From positions 1 through 39,422 of the forward strand of contig NW_021831664.1 in the NCBI RefSeq assembly GCF_006345805.1: a stretch of 39,422 nt of DNA, written 5' to 3'. Shown piece after piece: positions 34,740 through 39,422 of the stretch. A model generated the notes under the pieces. The model made no database searches. It saw only the letters and a list, made by a program, of their open reading frames with translations, and was not told the origin of the DNA. This stretch comes from Octopus sinensis. Lineage: Eukaryota. How positions within the stretch are numbered: the first letter of the stretch is position 1; every line of letters begins with the position of its first letter. The translations under genes and the position numbers were made by a program.

Positions 34740-35168
34740 GGCGCAGGAGTGGCTGTGTGGTAAGTAGCTTGTTAACCAACCACATGGTTCCGGGTTCAGT
34801 CCCACTGCGTGGCACCTTGGGCAAGTGTCTTCTACTATAGCCCCGGACCGACCAATGCCTTGTGAGTGGATTTGGTAGACGGAAACTGAAAGAAGCCCAT
34901 CGTATATATGTGTATATATATATATACATATATATATATATGTGTGTGTGTGTGTTTGTGTGTCTGTGTTTGTCCCCCTAGCATTGCTTGACAACCGATG
35001 CTGGTGTGCTTATGTCCCCGTTACTTAGCGGTTCGGCAAAAGAGACCGATAGAATAAGTACTGGGCTTACAAAAGAGTAAGTCCTGGGGGTCAAGTTGCT
35101 TGAATAAAGGTGGTGCTCCAGCATGGCCGCAGTCAAATGACTGAAACAAGTAAAAGAGTAAAGAGAGT
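34740..35168 (+). mobile_element. SINE family 1, full length
   Basis: Family match. Confidence 0.9.
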
Positions 35169-35331
35169 ATGTAATACATAACATTGGGCAACAAAACAAA
35201 TTTTTTTGTCTGGTGCCTCGAATATTTCAACGAATTCTTAAAGATTTTGCCTGCAAAATTCAAAAATAACTTCATTTTTTCTCTGTCATGTCTAGCTTTG
35301 TGACTAGACCTGATATCATCATCATCATTGT

Positions 35332-37173
35332 TTAACCCTTTCGTTACCATATTTCTGTTGAGATGCTCTGTGTTTCTTTCAATTAATTTTAAATATAACA
35401 AAGAATTTAGTAAAATAACTTGGTTATCATTCAGCTGGTGTTAAGAACATAAATTGTGACTAAGGTTTGGTGGAAGATTTTAATTTAAAACCTATGAAAA
35501 CAAGACATTTGTACTAAATTGTACCACAGAGCCAGGGGTGGTTTCAACCAGGTTGGTATCGAAAGGGTTAAACACACCTCTACATTTGGGCAGATGGACA
35601 TTAGAAGCAGTTGGAAGGGTGTGGATTGAAGGAGGAAATTTAAGCTGTTATTTCTAGCATATAGAGGGACCACACTGAGGTCTCTTCTCATGTTTTCTGC
35701 TGATTATTTTTCTTCTTAACCCTTTTGTTACCATATTTCTGTTGTGATGCTCTGTGTTTCTTTCAATTAATTTTAAGTATAACAAAGAATTTAGTAAAAT
35801 AACTTGGTTATCATTCAGCTGGTGTTAGGAACATAAATTGTGACTAAAGTTTGGTGGAAGATTTTGATTCAAAACTTATGAAAACAAGACATTTGTACCA
35901 CAGAGCCAGAGGTGGTTTCAACCAGGTTGGTATCAAAAGGGTTAAGAATTGTTTCTCTATTATATATTTTAACCCTCTTGTTACTATATTTCTGTTGAGA
36001 TGCTCTGTGTTTCTTTCAATTACTTTAAATATAACAAAGAATTTAGTAAAATAACTTAGTTATCATTAAGCTAGTGTTAGGAACATAAATTGTGACTAAG
36101 GTTTCGTGGAAGATTTTAATTCAAAACTTATGAAAACAAGACATTTATACCACAGAGCCAGAGGTGGTTTCAACCAGGTTGGTATCAAAAGGGTTAAACA
36201 CACCTCTACATTTGTGTAGTTGGATATTAGAAGCAGTTGGAAGGGTGTGGAGTTATGTCTAGCATATAGAGGGGCCACACTGAGGTTTCTTCTCATGTTT
36301 TCTGCTGATTATTTTTCTTCTTAACTCTTTTGTTACTATATTTCTGTTGAGATGCTCTGTGTTCCTTTCAATTACTTTAAATATAACAAAGAATTTAGTA
36401 AAATAACTTAGTTATCATTCAGCTGGTATTAGGAACATAAATTGTGACTAAGGTTTGGTGGAAGATTTTAATTCAAAACTTATGAAAACAAGACATTTGT
36501 ACCACAGAGCCAGAGCCCATTTCAGCTGGGTTGGTAACGAAAGGGTTTAAAACACCTCTACATGTGGGCAGATGGACATTAGAAGCATTTGGAAGGGTGA
36601 GGGTTGAAGGAAATTTAGGCTGTTATTTCTAGCATATAGAGTGACCTCATTGAGGTCTCCTTCTCTCATGTCTTCTGCTGATTATTTTTCTTCTTAACTC
36701 TTTTGTTACCATATTTCTGTTGAGATACTCCGTGTTTCTTTCAATTACTTTAAATATAACAAAGAATTTAGTAAAATAACTTAGTTATCATTCAGCTAGT
36801 ATTAGGAACATAAATTGTGACTAAGGTTTGGGGGAAGATTTTGATTCAAAACTTATGAAAACAAGACATCTGTACTATAGAGCCAGAGATGGTTTCAACC
36901 AGGCTGCTATCAAAAGGTTAAGAATTGTTTCTCTATTATATATTTTAACCCTCTTGTTACCATATTTCTGTTAAGATGCTCTGTGTTTCTTTCAATTAAT
37001 TTTAAATATAACAAAGAATTTAGTAAAATAACTTAGTTATCATTCAGCTGGTGTTAGGAACATAAATTGTGACTAAGGTTTCGTGGTATATTTTGATTCA
37101 AATCTTATCAAAACAAGACATTTGTACTCAGAGCCAGAGCCGGTTTCAGCCAGGTTGGTAATGAAAGGGTTCA
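35332..37173. mobile_element. Array of six piggyBac-type MITEs, family B, separated by two recurring spacers
   Basis: TTAACCCTTTCGTTACCA...TGGTATCGAAAGGGTTAA. Copies at 35332-35571, 35716-35945, 35969-36197, 36321-36550, 36694-36921 and 36945-37173. Confidence 0.9.
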
Positions 37174-37289
37174 TGTCAATTTTCCATGCTAGCATGGGTT
37201 GGACGATTTGACTGAGGGCTGGCAAACCAGATGGCTGCATTGGGATTAGTCGTTGGGATTAGTCGTTGCCTACTAGGGGCTCTTACATA

Positions 37290-37318
37290 CCCGGGCAACG
37301 CCGGGCTATGCTGCTAGT
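37290..37318 (+). mobile_element. Helitron 3' terminus
   Basis: Hairpin CCCGG-GCAACG-CCGGG, 8 nt, then CTAG followed by T. Confidence 0.7.
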
Positions 37319-37429
37319 CTATATATACATACATACATACATACATAGACTTTACTGACTTACATTTCCTCCAATCAGATTCTGTAATTTTACTCTTATT
37401 AGTTACTCAGCTTTTCAAATTCTCTTGCA

Positions 37430-38100
37430 CATTTATATATATATATATATATATGTGTGTGTATGTATGTATGTGTATATATATATATATATGTGTGTGT
37501 ATGTATGTATGTGTATATATATATATATATATGTGTATGTATGTATGTATGTGTATATATATATATATGTGTATGTATGTATGTATGTGTATATATATAT
37601 ATATGTGTATGTATGTATGTATGTATGTATGTGTATATATATATATGTGTGTATGTATGTATGTGTATATATATATATGTGTGTATGTATGTGTATATAT
37701 GTGTGTGTGTGTGTATGTATGTGTATATATATATGTGTGTGTGTGTATGTATGTATATGCATATATATATGTGTGTATGTATGTATGTATGTGTATATAT
37801 ATATGTGTGTGTGTGTATGTATGTATGTGTATATGTATATGTGTGTGTGTATGTATGTATGTGTATATATATATGTGTGTGTATGTATGTGTATATATAT
37901 ATGTGTGTATGTATGTGTATATATATATATGTGTGTATGTATGTATGTGTATATATATATATGTATGTATGTATGTATGTGTGTATGTATGTGTATGTGT
38001 GTATGTATGTATATGTATATAGGTATGTATATATATATATAGGTATGTATATATACACATATATATATATATATACATATATATACATACCTCTATATAA
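37430..38100. repeat. (TA)n/(TG)n/(TATG)n compound microsatellite
   Basis: Direct inspection. Confidence 0.95.
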
Positions 38101-38833
38101 TCTGATTATATTTTAATTACTTCTTTTATTCGTATGAAGAATACAGGTAGCAGTCATTAACCTCGTTATAAGGACCCCTGAGATAAGGGCAGTGGTGTGG
38201 GGTCACCAACCGCAAAGAGAGAGAGGGGAACAGGCCACACACCACTCAGCAGTTTTACTCCAATCGGTGGCTTGCTTGAAATGCTTGCAGCCGAACATCA
38301 CAAACGCATGTTAAAAAGCACGCACTTCCCCAAGGCGTCACATAGTGAGGTCAAACCTACAATTCTGCAGTGGCTTGCTGAAATTGTAATCCACACAGCT
38401 GTGTAAGAAATCAATGTTTTTTTGTTATTTCAGATTTTGGGAAACACCGAAGATTTCTGAAGAAAGATGTTGCAGCCGTCAGCCTCCCATGAGCCCCTTC
38501 AGCAGTTTACCTGGCAGGGGAAGACCACATCAATCAGCATAGATGAGTCTACACTATGTCTAAGAAACTCCTCCAAGACAGATTCGAAAGAATTGGAAAG
38601 TAGGTGGATTTTTTTTTTCTGGTTTTTTTCCCCCCGCTTTTTCGTTTTGGCTTTTTTTTTTTTTCAATTTATTTGTGAAATACAAAATATTAAGGCTACA
38701 ATATTTTCTCGCATCATTAAGCACTCACTCAGCAAATAAATAGGCAACAAGTAACATTTCAGCAACTGCCATAACTTAGCAAGCACTAACGGCAAGTATG
38801 AACTAAGTGTGTGTGTGTGTGTGTGCACCAATT

Positions 38834-39422
38834 TTGACTCAGGGATTGCAATTCTTCCTGGGCCAGTGTATCCAGTCTTCACGTCATTTACCTTTGTGTG
38901 CCAGTAGCGCAGGGCCTGGAACTTACCTGCATTAAACTGCATGTTGTTGTCCTCAGCCCACCTGTATATTGTGTCCAGCTCATGTTGCAGATTTTCAGGG
39001 TTTTGTATTGCGTGGGAGACTTTTGTGTCATCTGCATAGCTAGCAAGGGTGGTCATCGTAGCAACTGAAGGCATGTCTGAAAGGGCCAATCGTAGCAACT
39101 GAAGGCATGTCTGAAAGGGCCACTATACATATATATATATATATATGTATAGTGGCCCTTTCAGACATGCCTTCACTTGCTACGATGACCACCCTTGCTA
39201 GCTATGCAGATGACACAAAAGTCTCCCACGCAATACAAAACCCTGAAAATATTGTGCATCTGCAACATGAGCTGGACACAATATACAGGTGGGCTGAGGA
39301 CAACAACATGCAGTTTATGCAGGTAAGTTCCAGGCCCTGCGCTACTGGCACACAAGGTAAATGACGTGAAGACTGGATACACTGGCCCAGGAAGAATTGC
39401 AATCCCTGAGTCAAAATCGGTG
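38834..39422. mobile_element. CR1/L2-group RT fragment (YADDTK motif) present as an inverted duplication centred on (AT)n
   Basis: Both arms translate ...LASYADDTKVSHAIQNPEN...LQHELDTIYRWAEDNNMQF. The right arm runs off the window. Confidence 0.9.

Noticed and set aside
35332-37173. Repeat-spacer array as CRISPR-like
   Set aside because: The repeats are MITEs of about 230 bp with TIRs, and the spacers recur rather than being unique.
38434-38599. Possible fourth exon (strong acceptor TTTGTTATTTCAG, donor AA|GTAGGT)
   Set aside because: All three frames contain a stop. It could be a terminal or UTR exon or carry an indel error, but I cannot support it without RNA data.

Overview
Eukaryotic, AT-rich, repeat-saturated DNA, very probably from an octopus (Octopus sp.). 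That assignment rests on my recognition of the SINE, RTE and MITE families plus the (TA)n/(TATG)n load, not on a database search. The window looks like large introns of a plus-strand gene, with three candidate exons (2746-2885, 12035-12133, 21824-21942) whose product I cannot name. The rest is transposon debris: four tRNA-derived SINE families, a 5'-truncated RTE LINE with a six-fold reiterated 3' UTR, CR1/L2-group LINE fragments, Penelope-like element (PLE) fragments (GIY-YIG and RT), mariner, hAT and Tigger fragments, two TTAA/piggyBac-type MITE families in arrays, and Helitron-like ends. Most ORFs in the supplied track are microsatellite or SINE artefacts. The strongest signal is a set of minimal type I hammerhead ribozyme (HHR) motifs from several unrelated PLE-type repeats, mostly in fold-back structures. 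One has a G3:C8 swapped catalytic core. The copies with intact cores lie antisense to the predicted host gene, while every sense copy is mutated or partial. There is no CRISPR array, prokaryotic operon, rRNA or true tRNA gene.
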